Assembly: GCA_026713145.1 (NCBI GenBank)
Contig: JAPOPA010000333.1
Span: forward strand, 1 to 54,925
From: Chloroflexota bacterium
GTDB lineage: Bacteria; Chloroflexota; Dehalococcoidia; Lucifugimonadales; VXLM01
Direction: 5' to 3'
Length of the DNA: 54,925 nucleotides
Shown: piece by piece, positions 18,475 to 28,281 of the stretch
Layout: each line of letters starts with the position of its first letter
Position numbering within the stretch: position 1 is the stretch's first letter
The notes under the pieces: model-generated
Databases searched by the model: none
What the model was told of the DNA's origin: nothing
Seen by the model: only the letters and a program-made list of their open reading frames with translations
Program-made: the position numbers and the translations under genes

Positions 18475-18670
18475 GTCGGATTCACCCTCGGTGCCATTTT
18501 AGGGCACACTGTGCGGTGTTCTACGGATGAAGTGTCAATACTGATCAGATTGCAAAGAGCACGGAAATGTCGCTGTACGTACTTGACAAGGAAGGGTGGA
18601 CTGCTTGTATCATGTCCCATGGACGATAATTCGCGACTGGACGATAATAGAGAGTAGATTAGGAAGCACT

Positions 18671-18805
18671 ATGACGACGATCACGACCCGCACCTATCGC
18701 TCTAGAGTTCCCCGCTATTCTAGGGGAGCGTTTCTGGCCCTTCGATATTCTGCGCTTCTTATAGTGATCGCTGCCGGAGTCGTAGCCGTGGGGCTCATCA
18801 TTTAG
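18671..18805 (+). CDS. possible small single-TM peptide (44 aa)
   Basis: ATG at 18671 preceded by AGGAAG. MTTITTRTYRSRVPRYSRGAFLALRYSALLIVIAAGVVAVGLII has one hydrophobic helix. A clean intrinsic terminator follows 38 nt downstream. Confidence 0.35.
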   Translation: MTTITTRTYRSRVPRYSRGAFLALRYSALLIVIAAGVVAVGLII

Positions 18806-18843
18806 AAGTAGGACGGTTACAGAAACTCAGTCGAAGCAATCTA

Positions 18844-18874
18844 GGGAGACGGTAGACCGTCTCCCTTTCCTTTT
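18844..18874 (+). terminator. Rho-independent terminator
   Basis: GGGAGACGG-taga-CCGTCTCCC (9-bp stem) followed by TTTCCTTTT. Confidence 0.65.
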
Positions 18875-18920
18875 GCCTCCGATTCAAATGAGTCGTGTAG
18901 ACAGGGCAATAGAGTAAGTA

Positions 18921-18948
18921 TTGCTTAAGAAACGAGTATGTATATACT
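18921..18948 (+). promoter_or_regulatory. candidate promoter of the Fe-type ABC importer operon
   Basis: TTGCTT (18921-18926), 16-nt spacer, TATACT (18943-18948). The palindrome AGTAT-N4-ATACT overlaps the -10. GGAGG RBS lies before the GTG at 18986. Confidence 0.4.
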
Positions 18949-18985
18949 GCTAACGACACTACGCTAGCAGGAGGTACTACGAAAC

Positions 18986-20077
18986 GTGCGAACATTCTGG
19001 AAGGAAGTGTTATTGTGCAGTCTAGGGGCTCTAGCATTGGTTGCGACCGTTGCGTGCGGCAGCCAGTCGGAGTCTACTAAACCTGCCCCAACAACTCGGC
19101 CTGCCCCAACGCCTGAGCCTCAGATCGTTGAAGTAGCAAGCGACCCCGGTTCGCTGGTCGTCTACTCAGGACGAAGCGAATCTCTGGTCGGCCCGATCAT
19201 CGAGCAGTTTCGCGAGGCGACGGGTATAGACGTTTCGACAAAGTACGGAAGCACAGGAGAGATCGCGGCGACGATCCTCGAAGAGGGCGGCAATAGTCCT
19301 GCCGATGTGTTCTTCGCGCAGGACCCAGGAGGTCTTGGAGCTGTCGCGCAGGCTGGAATGCTTAACGTATTGTCGGGTGATATCGCAGGCCTTGTTCCCG
19401 GCTGGGCTCAGTCGCCGACCGGGCTTTGGGTCGGAATCTCCGGACGTGCGCGTACCCTCGTTTACAACACCGATCGCCTCTCAGAGGACGATCTCCCCGC
19501 ATCGATTTTCGACCTGACCGATCCGAAGTGGAAGAGCAGGTTGGGCTGGGCCCCGACGAATGGCTCTTTCCAGGCGATGGTAACGGCCATGAGAGTGCTG
19601 TGGGGAGAGGAGAAAACGATCGAGTGGCTAGAGGGCATCAAGGCCAACGAACCAGGCATCTACCCAAAGAACACTCCTCAGGTAGCTGCTGCCGCGGCAG
19701 GCGAGATTGACATCGGCCTCGTCAACCACTACTACCTCCATCGGTTTCTCCAGGAAGAGGGCGATGCATTCGGCGCGCGAAACTACCATCCGACTGCCGG
19801 CGGGCCAGGAAGCCTTGTATTGGTCGCTGGGGCAGGTATCCTGAAGACGAGCCAAAACCAAGAAAACGCTGAGAAGTTCCTCAAGTTCATGCTCTCGAAG
19901 GTTGGTCAGCAGTACTTTGCGGGGCAGACCTACGAGTATCCCCTCGTCGAGGGAGTCAAGACGAACCGCCTCCTGACGCCGATTGATGAGATCGACAAGC
20001 CGGACGTCGACATGGCGGACCTCGCCGATCTGGAAGGCACACAGCGCCTGCTTCGCGAGCTTGGTATCCTCGAGTAG
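18986..20077 (+). CDS. ABC transporter periplasmic/extracellular substrate-binding protein, Fe(III)-type (FbpA/AfuA-like)
   Basis: Signal peptide ending ..LVATVACGS, then SLVVYSGRSESLVGPIIEQFREATGIDV... typical of PBP2 Fbp-like binding proteins. Followed by a duplicated-domain permease and an ATPase. Confidence 0.75.
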   Translation: MRTFWKEVLLCSLGALALVATVACGSQSESTKPAPTTRPAPTPEPQIVEVASDPGSLVVYSGRSESLVGPIIEQFREATGIDVSTKYGSTGEIAATILEEGGNSPADVFFAQDPGGLGAVAQAGMLNVLSGDIAGLVPGWAQSPTGLWVGISGRARTLVYNTDRLSEDDLPASIFDLTDPKWKSRLGWAPTNGSFQAMVTAMRVLWGEEKTIEWLEGIKANEPGIYPKNTPQVAAAAAGEIDIGLVNHYYLHRFLQEEGDAFGARNYHPTAGGPGSLVLVAGAGILKTSQNQENAEKFLKFMLSKVGQQYFAGQTYEYPLVEGVKTNRLLTPIDEIDKPDVDMADLADLEGTQRLLRELGILE

Positions 20078-20128
20078 CCTTGTAACGGAGAAGTCACCGC
20101 CCCCTTGATTGCAGAAGGACCACCCCCG

Positions 20129-20180
20129 CTTGCCGACCCCGCCGGAGAGCACCTCCCCCGGCGGGGTCGGCAAGACTTTT
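20129..20180 (+). terminator. intercistronic stem-loop (attenuator/mRNA stabiliser) between binding-protein and permease genes
   Basis: Perfect 17-bp inverted repeat CTTGCCGACCCCGCCGG / CCGGCGGGGTCGGCAAG (20129-20145 / 20158-20174), 12-nt loop, followed by ACTTTTC. Confidence 0.55.
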
Positions 20181-20197
20181 CGAGGCGACCTCCCGCG

Positions 20198-21769
20198 ATG
20201 GTTATGGTCCCGGCCGTATTGGTCGGCCTCGCCATGTTGCTCCCCATAGCCTACTTGGCTATACGCGGCGCGGGGGCGACGACCGAGGCATGGGAGCTTC
20301 TGTTCCGTGTCCGTACGCTTCAAATCATTGGCAGAACGACGCTGCTCGTGGTCGTGGTTACTGGGTTCTCGATTCTCTTGGCCGTGCCGCTCGCCTGGCT
20401 TACGTCGCGGACCGACCTACCGTTTCGTCGGGTGTGGTCGGTACTGACTGCCATGCCGCTGGTCGTGCCGACTTTCGTGGGAGCCTTTCTGTTCATATCA
20501 GTTCTTGGGCCGCGCGGCGTTCTGCAGCAGGCCCTCGAACCGCTGGGTGTGGATCGCCTGCCGGCCATCTACGGCCTGCCGGGCGCGGCGCTGGTGCTGA
20601 TACTTCTGAGCTACCCGTACATTCTGCTCACAGTCAAGGGGGCGTTCCAAGGACTCGATCCCGCGCTTGAAGAGTCGGCGCGAACCCTCGGACACGGGAG
20701 GATGAGCACGGCGTTCCGAGTGACCCTGCCGCAGCTCCGCCCCGCCATAATCTCCGGCTCCCTGCTCGTGGCCCTCTACACGCTGAGCGACTTCGGCGCC
20801 GTGTCCCTGATGCGGTTCCCGACGTTCACGTGGGTAATCTACCAACAATACCAGACGGCCTTCGACCGGAGCATTGCTGGGGTCCTATCGCTCGCGCTGG
20901 TCGGGATGGCACTGGCCATCGTTCTCATTGACTCGTACACGCGCGGACGTATTCGGTATCACCGCACCGGCTCCGGGGCTTCGCGGAAGGCCGAGGTTGT
21001 CCGACTGGGGCGATGGAGATGGCCCGCGCTGGCATTCGCGGGCTTCGTGGTGGTGATGGCGTTGGGGATTCCGGCAGGAGTGCTGCTGCACTGGCTCGTG
21101 CGGGGATTACTGGTGGGCGAACCGCTGCTCCTGCTCTGGAGCGCTACGGTGAATTCCCTAGTCGTGTCGGGCGCTGCTGCGTTCGTTGCCGCGGTCTGCT
21201 CCATTCCCGTCGCTGTGATGGTCGTGCGGCATCCCGGTAGGCTTTCCAATGTCATCGAGCGTATGAGCTTCACCGGATTCGCCCTGCCGGGGATCGTAGT
21301 AGCCCTGGCCTTGGTATTCTTTGCAGTCAACTACGCAAGACCCGTGTATCAGACAGCATGGCTGTTGGTGTTCGCATATGTTGTGCTCTTTCTGCCTGCG
21401 GCGATGGGTGCAACTAGAGCCGCGCTGCTCAAGGTCAGTCCGAGTCTTGAGGACGCAGCGCGAGGTCTAGGCCGCGGTCCCCTGCAGACTATGCGGACGG
21501 TCACCGCTCCACTCATCGTGCCGGGCATCCTCATGGGAGCTGCATTGGTGTTCCTGATAGCTATGAAGGAGCTTCCCGCTACGCTGATACTGGGCCCGCT
21601 GGGATTCAAGACGCTGGCAACCGCGGTGTGGTCGGCTTCCACGGAGGCGTTCTTCGCGCAGGCGGCGGCACCGGCGCTCTTGCTCATCGTGATATCCTCA
21701 TTACCCATGGCCTTTCTCGTGACACGCGATTTCGGGGAGTCGACCTCCTCCGGGAGTGACTACTCGTGA
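20198..21769 (+). CDS. ABC transporter permease, two fused transmembrane domains (FbpB-like)
   Basis: Two EAA-loop-containing halves (..LEESARTLGHGRMSTAFRVTLP.. and ..LEDAARGLGRGPLQTMRTVTAP..). Start placed at the ATG at 20198 because the TTG-initiated track ORF would include the 17-bp hairpin. Confidence 0.85.
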   Translation: MVMVPAVLVGLAMLLPIAYLAIRGAGATTEAWELLFRVRTLQIIGRTTLLVVVVTGFSILLAVPLAWLTSRTDLPFRRVWSVLTAMPLVVPTFVGAFLFISVLGPRGVLQQALEPLGVDRLPAIYGLPGAALVLILLSYPYILLTVKGAFQGLDPALEESARTLGHGRMSTAFRVTLPQLRPAIISGSLLVALYTLSDFGAVSLMRFPTFTWVIYQQYQTAFDRSIAGVLSLALVGMALAIVLIDSYTRGRIRYHRTGSGASRKAEVVRLGRWRWPALAFAGFVVVMALGIPAGVLLHWLVRGLLVGEPLLLLWSATVNSLVVSGAAAFVAAVCSIPVAVMVVRHPGRLSNVIERMSFTGFALPGIVVALALVFFAVNYARPVYQTAWLLVFAYVVLFLPAAMGATRAALLKVSPSLEDAARGLGRGPLQTMRTVTAPLIVPGILMGAALVFLIAMKELPATLILGPLGFKTLATAVWSASTEAFFAQAAAPALLLIVISSLPMAFLVTRDFGESTSSGSDYS

Positions 21770-22821
21770 GCACATTCGCAGTGCGCTGCAACGGGTTGAC
21801 CAAGCGGTACGGCGAAGTGGCGGCGGTGGAGGGCGTCGATCTCGCGGTGCAGCCGGGAGAGATCCTGTCGATTGTCGGGCCAAGCGGTAGCGGCAAGACG
21901 ACGACGCTGCGCCTAATCGCCGGGTTCGAGTCAATTGACGCTGGTGAAATATCCCTGCGTGGAGAGGTCGTTTCCGGCCTCAAGACACACGTGCCGCCCG
22001 AGCGCAGGCGAGTCGGGATAGTCTTTCAGGAACATGCGCTATTCCCGCACAAGACGGTCGGCGAGAACGTTGCGTTCGGACTCCACAAGCTTGGAGCGAG
22101 TGAACGGTCGGAGCGTCTCAGAGAAGCTCTGGAACTTGTGCGGCTCACTCACCTGGAACGGCGGTACCCTCACGAGTTGTCGGGCGGGGAACAACAGCGG
22201 GTGGCGTTGGCCCGCGCTTTGGCCCCGAATCCGGCAGTGCTGCTGCTGGACGAGCCGTTCTCGAACTTGGATGCAGACCTGCGGGCGCGAATCAGGGGAG
22301 AGGTCAAGTCAATCCTTGCAGACGCTGGCGTGACCGTAGTGTTCGTGACGCACGACCAGGACGATGCCCTGTTCATGGGAGACCGGATAGCGATCATTAA
22401 TGAGGGGCGTATCGAGCAATCGGGCACGCCGGAGCAGGTGTTCCACGAGCCGGAAACGAGGTTTGCGGCGGGCTTCCTCGGCGTTGCGGACTTCCTTCCG
22501 GCTGAATATTCGAACGGAACAGTAAAGACCGAGCTTGGCTCATTCCCGATGAGCGGGGAGAGCTCTGGGCTGTGTGAAGTGATGACGCGGCCCGACGACA
22601 TCGAGGTGACTCGGTCGCCCGAGGGGAGCGCGAGGGTGCTGTCGAGAACGTTTCAGGGGATTTCCGACCTGTATGTGATCGAACTACCGTCGGGAGCGGT
22701 GGTACGGGCGGAGCGTCCACACCATAAACGGTTCGAGCCGGGGGATAGTGTGCGGGTCACGGTCGCGCCGCACTACGTGGCACGATGCTTCGCACAGGCG
22801 GACGGGAAGCTGATGACGTAG
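21766..22821 (+). CDS. ABC transporter ATP-binding protein (FbpC/PotA-like, with C-terminal TOBE-like domain)
   Basis: Walker A GPSGSGKTT, signature LSGGEQQRVALARAL, Walker B LLLDEPFSNLD. GTGA overlap with the permease gene. Confidence 0.9.
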   Translation: MSTFAVRCNGLTKRYGEVAAVEGVDLAVQPGEILSIVGPSGSGKTTTLRLIAGFESIDAGEISLRGEVVSGLKTHVPPERRRVGIVFQEHALFPHKTVGENVAFGLHKLGASERSERLREALELVRLTHLERRYPHELSGGEQQRVALARALAPNPAVLLLDEPFSNLDADLRARIRGEVKSILADAGVTVVFVTHDQDDALFMGDRIAIINEGRIEQSGTPEQVFHEPETRFAAGFLGVADFLPAEYSNGTVKTELGSFPMSGESSGLCEVMTRPDDIEVTRSPEGSARVLSRTFQGISDLYVIELPSGAVVRAERPHHKRFEPGDSVRVTVAPHYVARCFAQADGKLMT

Positions 22822-22829
22822 CCATCGAG

Positions 22830-24596
22830 CTACGGGCTTGCCAGAGGGGCCTGGTCCTGTTGAGGGCGGAGTTGCATGTCGTAGATGTTCTTGTAGAAAC
22901 CCTCGAGCGCCATCAACTCGTCGTGCGAACCACGTTCTACGATCTCGCCCTTGTCGAGAACGAGCGTCAGGTCTGCGCGTCGGACCGTTGAGAGGCGATG
23001 GGCGATGACGAAGGTGGTACGGCCTGCGATGACTTCCTGGAGCGCCTGCTGGATCTGATACTCGGTGCCCATGTCGACGCTTGATGTGGAGTCGTCGAGA
23101 ATGAGGATCGGGGGGTCGATGAGGAGGGTCCTGGCGATTGCGAGCCGCTGGCGCTGGCCACCGGATAGCCGGACGCCTCGTTCGCCGACATATGTGTCGT
23201 AGCCCCGCGGGGTTTGCTCGACGAAGTCGTGAAGCTGGGCGATCTTCGCGGCCTCTATGATCTGGTCGGTTGTGGCGTCTTCGGCACCGTAGGCGATGTT
23301 GTCGCGGATCGACGCGCCGAATACGAATACGTCCTGCATGACGATGCCTACGTTTCGCCTGAGGGACGAGAGGGTTACGTCGCGAACGTCCATGCCGTCA
23401 ATGATCACGGCGCCGTCGGTCACGTCGTAGAAGCGAGGCACGAGGTGGACGAGAGTGCTCTTCCCGGAGCCGGGCGCGCCGAGAATGGCGACGAGCTGAC
23501 CGGGCTGTACCTCGAATTCGATACCGTGAACGACCGGCGTGTCGGCCTGCTCGTAGCTCATGGAGACCCGTTCGAACTTGACGTGTCCGCTGACTCCGTT
23601 GAGTGGGCGGGCGTTTGGTCTCTCCTTGACCGAGGTCTCGGCGTCGATAACGTCGAAGATGCGCTGTCCTGCGGCGTGGGCGCGGGAGAACATATTGACC
23701 ATGAAGCCCATCATGCGGACGGGCATGGCCATCATGCCTATGTAAAGGATGAAGGAAGCGAGTTGACCGGCGGTAAGGCGGTCGGCGGCGATCTCCTGTC
23801 CACCGAACCAGAGCACGGCCCCTGTGGCAGCGGTGAAGATGAAGGTCATCAGGGAGCCGTGAAGGGCGAATTGCTTGGTGGCGTGGTAGGTGAGGTCGCG
23901 GACGGCGTCGGAGCGTTCCGCGAATTGCTCCTCGGCGTACCTGCGCGCTCCAAAGACCTTGACGACCTTGATGCCGGCGATATTCTCCTGGAGGACGGCG
24001 GTCATTTTGCCGGTCTCTTCCTGGACTGCGCCCCATATATGACGGAGCCTACGGGACATTTGGAAAGCGCGCCAAAGAACGGGGGGCACGAAGAGCATGA
24101 CGACGATGGCGAGCCGCCAGTTGAAGGAGGCCATGATTACGGCCACGAAGGCGAAGGTGGCGAGCATGGAAAGGCCGCGAATGAGAGCGGAGCTCATGAA
24201 CCTCTGTACGGCCTCGACGTCGGCGGTGGCCTTGGACATGAGGTCACCGGTCTGCTGTTTGTCGTGGAACCCGAAGCTGAGGTTCTGAAGTCGAGTGAAG
24301 ATGTCGTTGCGGATGTCGTAGGCGGTCTTCTGGGAGATGGCCTCGGCGAGGTAGTTTTGGGCGTAGCTAAAGACTCCACGCAGCGCCCCGGCGAGGAGTA
24401 TTGAACCGGCGAGAATGAAAAGTGCGGTGAGTTTTCCCTCCTCAATGGCGCGGTTGAGGGCCTCGTCGATAGCCGAACCCGCCAGCCAGGGCATAGCGAG
24501 ACCGGAGGCCACGGAAAGGGCCATGGCGGCGTACGCGCCGACGACGAGGGCCTTGTTGCGAAGTCCGTACCCAATGAGTCTAAGGAAGATTTTCAT
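22830..24596 (-). CDS. ABC-type exporter, fused permease/ATPase (MsbA/multidrug-like)
   Basis: 588 aa. Six-TM N-terminal half, Walker A GAPGSGKST, signature LSGGQRQRLAIARTL, Walker B ILILDDSTSSVD. Confidence 0.9.
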   Translation of the reverse strand: MKIFLRLIGYGLRNKALVVGAYAAMALSVASGLAMPWLAGSAIDEALNRAIEEGKLTALFILAGSILLAGALRGVFSYAQNYLAEAISQKTAYDIRNDIFTRLQNLSFGFHDKQQTGDLMSKATADVEAVQRFMSSALIRGLSMLATFAFVAVIMASFNWRLAIVVMLFVPPVLWRAFQMSRRLRHIWGAVQEETGKMTAVLQENIAGIKVVKVFGARRYAEEQFAERSDAVRDLTYHATKQFALHGSLMTFIFTAATGAVLWFGGQEIAADRLTAGQLASFILYIGMMAMPVRMMGFMVNMFSRAHAAGQRIFDVIDAETSVKERPNARPLNGVSGHVKFERVSMSYEQADTPVVHGIEFEVQPGQLVAILGAPGSGKSTLVHLVPRFYDVTDGAVIIDGMDVRDVTLSSLRRNVGIVMQDVFVFGASIRDNIAYGAEDATTDQIIEAAKIAQLHDFVEQTPRGYDTYVGERGVRLSGGQRQRLAIARTLLIDPPILILDDSTSSVDMGTEYQIQQALQEVIAGRTTFVIAHRLSTVRRADLTLVLDKGEIVERGSHDELMALEGFYKNIYDMQLRPQQDQAPLASP

Positions 24597-24886
24597 GTGA
24601 GGGATATCAACTCCTGTTAAGGCCTATTGTGCATAAATTCACTTCGTATGTCAAGAGTATTTTGAGTGAGTCGAATAAAACAGTTCCGACATACGCGGTG
24701 AAACGATTGTGTTCCGTGGAGAAGGTGTTTCCCAAGAGGCGACGTACACTTACAGATTGCCAGCGAGGGCGGTCTCTTAATCTGTAGATCCGTCGTTCGC
24801 CGTGAGAAATGTCGTGCATTGGGCCTGCGGGAGAGATAATGAAAAGGAAACTGGCAAGTTATTCGAAAGTGAGGGAGTGAACGATC

Positions 24887-26002
24887 TTGAGAAAGCTGGG
24901 CCTCATCGTCAACCCGATTGCCGGTCTCGGCGGCGCAGTCGGACTGAAAGGCACAGACGGAAACTCCACCTACCGGAAGGCGTTGGAGATGGGCGCCATT
25001 CCCCGCGCCGCGCCGAGAGCCGTCGAGGCACTGCGTGGGCTTGGACGTCTTGATGGTCTTGAGGTGCTCACGTATCCAGGCTCGATGGGCGAGAACGAGG
25101 CGCGCCAGGCTGGCCTGTCGCCCACCGTGATCGGGTCGATCGATGTCGAGGACACATCGGCGGAGGACACCCGACTCGCGGCGAAGGAATTATCCGATCA
25201 CTCAGTAGACCTGATCCTCTTCGCGGGTGGAGACGGCACGGCGCGCGACCTGTGCAGCGCGGTAGGAGACGGCGTTCCGTCGCTAGGCATTCCGGCGGGT
25301 GTGAAAATGTACTCCGGCGTGTATGCGACTACCCCCCGCGCGGCGGGACGCGCGGCGGCGCAGTTCCTTGCTGGCGAATTGCCTCACACGAGGCTGGGCG
25401 AAGTCATGGACATCGACGAAGAGGCGTTCCGGGAGGGCGAGGTCCAAGCGCAGCTCTACGGGTATCTCCGCATACCGGACGACACCTCGCACGTGCAGGT
25501 TACCAAGTCGCCGAGCCATGCCGACGAAAACGAGGCCATTCTCGCTATAGCCGGAGAGATCGTCGACTCGATGCGGGAAGACACCCTCTACATCCTCGGC
25601 CCTGGCACCACTACGAAGGGCATCGCAGACGTGCTGAGAATTCCCAAGACGCTGCTAGGCGTGGACGCGGTGCTGAATGGTGCTCTCGTCGCCTCGGACG
25701 TCACGGAGTCACAGCTCATCAAAATGCTGGACGGCGGCCAGCCTGCAAGGGTCGTCGTCACGGCCATCGGCGGACAGGGGCACATCTTTGGACGGGGCAA
25801 CCAGCAGATAAGCGCTGATGTCCTACGGCGCGTTGGCATGGACAACATCATCGTCGTGGCCACTCGACGGAAGCTCGGCTCGCTTAGTCGAAGGCCACTG
25901 ATGGTTGACACCGGGAGCCGGGAGATCGACCGCGAACTCAGCGGCTACATCATGGTCACGACCGGAAGGGCGGAATCGGCGATGGTCAAGGTCTCCGACT
26001 GA
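24887..26002 (+). CDS. ATP-NAD kinase-like family protein (GGDGT motif)
   Basis: LGLIVNPIAGLGG N-terminus and LILFAGGDGTARDL motif of the NAD kinase/diacylglycerol kinase superfamily. TTG start with GGGAG RBS. Confidence 0.7.
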   Translation: MRKLGLIVNPIAGLGGAVGLKGTDGNSTYRKALEMGAIPRAAPRAVEALRGLGRLDGLEVLTYPGSMGENEARQAGLSPTVIGSIDVEDTSAEDTRLAAKELSDHSVDLILFAGGDGTARDLCSAVGDGVPSLGIPAGVKMYSGVYATTPRAAGRAAAQFLAGELPHTRLGEVMDIDEEAFREGEVQAQLYGYLRIPDDTSHVQVTKSPSHADENEAILAIAGEIVDSMREDTLYILGPGTTTKGIADVLRIPKTLLGVDAVLNGALVASDVTESQLIKMLDGGQPARVVVTAIGGQGHIFGRGNQQISADVLRRVGMDNIIVVATRRKLGSLSRRPLMVDTGSREIDRELSGYIMVTTGRAESAMVKVSD

Positions 26003-27173
26003 CGGGACCTGTGAACAGCTCCTCCGGGACCATGCTCCGCGTCTCGGTAGCGTGCCTGAACTCAGGTAGCCCCTCGGTCGTCACCACCCCTAGCGCCGTG
26101 AAGTACTTGCTCTCGCCGCTTGAGCCGCTCTTGTTCCCTCCGCTGTGCGGCCGGAGCCAGTCCGGATCGATGATCTGTTCACCCTTCCACAGTCCTCGCG
26201 TGGCGTTGAGGTGTCCGAATCGCGCCATGTCCGACGCGCTCCAAACAACCCAGCCGGGCCCGCTCCGCACGACGTTGCCCGCCATCTCATAGGGTGGGTC
26301 GAGGTACGTATAGGAATCGGGTAGCGTTGGATAGAAGTACTTCCGGTCCTTCACCCACCCGCCGGAGAACCAGTCCCAGCGTGCGGCAGGGATGCCAATT
26401 CGATCGAAGAGACGCTCCTGCACGACGTCCTTGATATCCCGGCCCCAGACGTGCGTAAGCGCCTGTCCCAGCCGCCAGAACCCGGCGCTGCTATACAGCC
26501 CCACGGTTCCCGGCTCCGCGTGTGAATAGCAGTCGTAGTAGGCGTCGCCCGTCCAGTTCGCCCACCCTGCCACTCCCGGGACGGCGTCGCGCTCCTCAAG
26601 TCCAGTACGCTTCTCAGCCCACCGGTTGCCGATCTCAATAGGAAATCCTCCCCAGTGAAGGGTCTCGGTACGCTTCCCGACCAGGTGCCGCCACGTGAGA
26701 GTTTTGTGATGGCCCTCGGTCAGGTGCTTGTGGGGATGAGACAGCTCTCCCTCTCCGGTCCAGTACTCGTTGATCGGCTCATCCGGGTCGATAATCCCGT
26801 CCATCACGGCGAATCCCAGGACCGCCCACGTCAGGGCCTTTCCGACCGAAGCCGTGTGATGCCAGTAGTGCCGGTCTCCCCACGACTGGACGAGGCAACC
26901 TCCGCGCGTGAGCACGGCCCCGTACTTGTCACCCGAGTGATCCTCGCCGCCGAAGCTCGCCCCCTTCACGTCGAGACCATCAACCCACTGCCGGAATGCT
27001 TCTTGGTCGAGACCGGCCTCGTCGGGCGTGATCTGCTCCCAGTCCTCTTCGGGATACGTCACCCAGTCGGGTACGGTAATGGTCAATGCATGCTCCTTGC
27101 CTGACGCCAGGAAGTTTTCACGCCGTAAGGGTAGGGGAACCAATAGTCCCGTACAAGTGGCAGAGGTAGTCAT
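25986..27173 (-). CDS. serine hydrolase, beta-lactamase/transpeptidase-like superfamily (tentative)
   Basis: S-x-x-K candidate (TASVGKALTWAVLG) at the expected N-terminal third. Otherwise no strong motif. The 3' end overlaps the convergent gene by 17 nt. Confidence 0.5.
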   Translation of the reverse strand: MTTSATCTGLLVPLPLRRENFLASGKEHALTITVPDWVTYPEEDWEQITPDEAGLDQEAFRQWVDGLDVKGASFGGEDHSGDKYGAVLTRGGCLVQSWGDRHYWHHTASVGKALTWAVLGFAVMDGIIDPDEPINEYWTGEGELSHPHKHLTEGHHKTLTWRHLVGKRTETLHWGGFPIEIGNRWAEKRTGLEERDAVPGVAGWANWTGDAYYDCYSHAEPGTVGLYSSAGFWRLGQALTHVWGRDIKDVVQERLFDRIGIPAARWDWFSGGWVKDRKYFYPTLPDSYTYLDPPYEMAGNVVRSGPGWVVWSASDMARFGHLNATRGLWKGEQIIDPDWLRPHSGGNKSGSSGESKYFTALGVVTTEGLPEFRHATETRSMVPEELFTGPVSRRP

Positions 27174-27242
27174 CTGTGCGGTTTGACAGGCGTTCCCGCC
27201 CTACCTAGACTACGCCGTATCCGGCTGGCAAGGGAGTTTCTG

Positions 27243-28151
27243 ATGAAGTCGTTTCCCGCCGAAGAGATGGACGCCGTGGCAAGCCGCTTTCCCGGGCGCA
27301 TCGGCGTTTGCATAAAGGATCTCAACACCGGCTTGTTCTACGAATACAACGCCGACGAGCCGCTGCCCACGGCTTCGGTCGTCAAGGTGTCGATCATGAT
27401 CGAGCTTTTTCGGCAGGCGCATGAGGGCGTGATCTCCCTTGACGACCGCTACCGTATGCGCGACGACATCTCAGGTCACGGCACGGGGACGCTGAGCATC
27501 ATGCACGATAACCCTGAGTTGACCCTCCGCGACTACAGCCGCCTGATGATGGGAGTTAGTGACAACATGGCCACGGACATGATAGTCCTCCTGCTCACGC
27601 CGGAGTCGATCAACGCGACCATGGACAGCATGGGCTACCACAACACCCGTGCCTGTATGCCCCTCGGTGTGTGGCATTACCTTATGAGAGGGATCGTGGA
27701 GACGCCGTCCAGGGAGCTCGATGCGGCGATACGCTCCGGTGAGATCGACGACGGCCCCGGAGACAAGAATCTGCCCTTTGCCAGCGATCTGCGGAACAAC
27801 GTCGCGTCTGCCCGCGACCTCGTGGACATCATGGAGAAGATTCACGCCGGCGAGATGATTAGCGCCGAGGCCTCAGCGCAGATGATCGAAATGATGACGG
27901 TCCCGAAGAACGCCAACCGAATTCGCCAGTACCTGAAGCCGGAAATCGAGACCGCGCGCAAAACAGGCGGAAGCGGCCGCATCAAGGCCGACACGGGCAT
28001 CGTCTACCTTCCCACCGGCCCGATGTTCGTCGCGGGCCTATCCACCTCCGATCAGCCGGAGGACCAAGTCCAGGGGATGGAAGCCGTCGGCCTGATCACT
28101 CGAATGGCCTACGAGACAGTATCTCCAGAGAGCGTGCTGGACGTGGAGTAG
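27243..28151 (+). CDS. class A beta-lactamase-related serine hydrolase
   Basis: SxxK (TASVVKV), SDN (GVSDNMA) and KTG (RKTGGSG) motifs in the canonical order. Start moved to the ATG at 27243, preceded by AGGGAG. Confidence 0.75.
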   Translation: MKSFPAEEMDAVASRFPGRIGVCIKDLNTGLFYEYNADEPLPTASVVKVSIMIELFRQAHEGVISLDDRYRMRDDISGHGTGTLSIMHDNPELTLRDYSRLMMGVSDNMATDMIVLLLTPESINATMDSMGYHNTRACMPLGVWHYLMRGIVETPSRELDAAIRSGEIDDGPGDKNLPFASDLRNNVASARDLVDIMEKIHAGEMISAEASAQMIEMMTVPKNANRIRQYLKPEIETARKTGGSGRIKADTGIVYLPTGPMFVAGLSTSDQPEDQVQGMEAVGLITRMAYETVSPESVLDVE

Positions 28152-28281
28152 GCGGCCGCTGAAGTCCTCACTTCGGTGCCTCTAAATCCGCCCGCAAGCA
28201 TGGATTGCTGGTTGCCTCCCATTTGTCGCAGAGTACACACGCATTCCTCTATACTTTCCACTCTGGGAGGCTCCATCACCG

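Noticed and set aside
20105-20197. Track start (TTG 20105) for the ABC permease, giving a 31-residue Pro/Arg-rich leader
   Set aside because: That segment is occupied by the perfect 17-bp hairpin, and its translation is non-membrane and low-complexity. The ATG at 20198 directly precedes the first TM helix.
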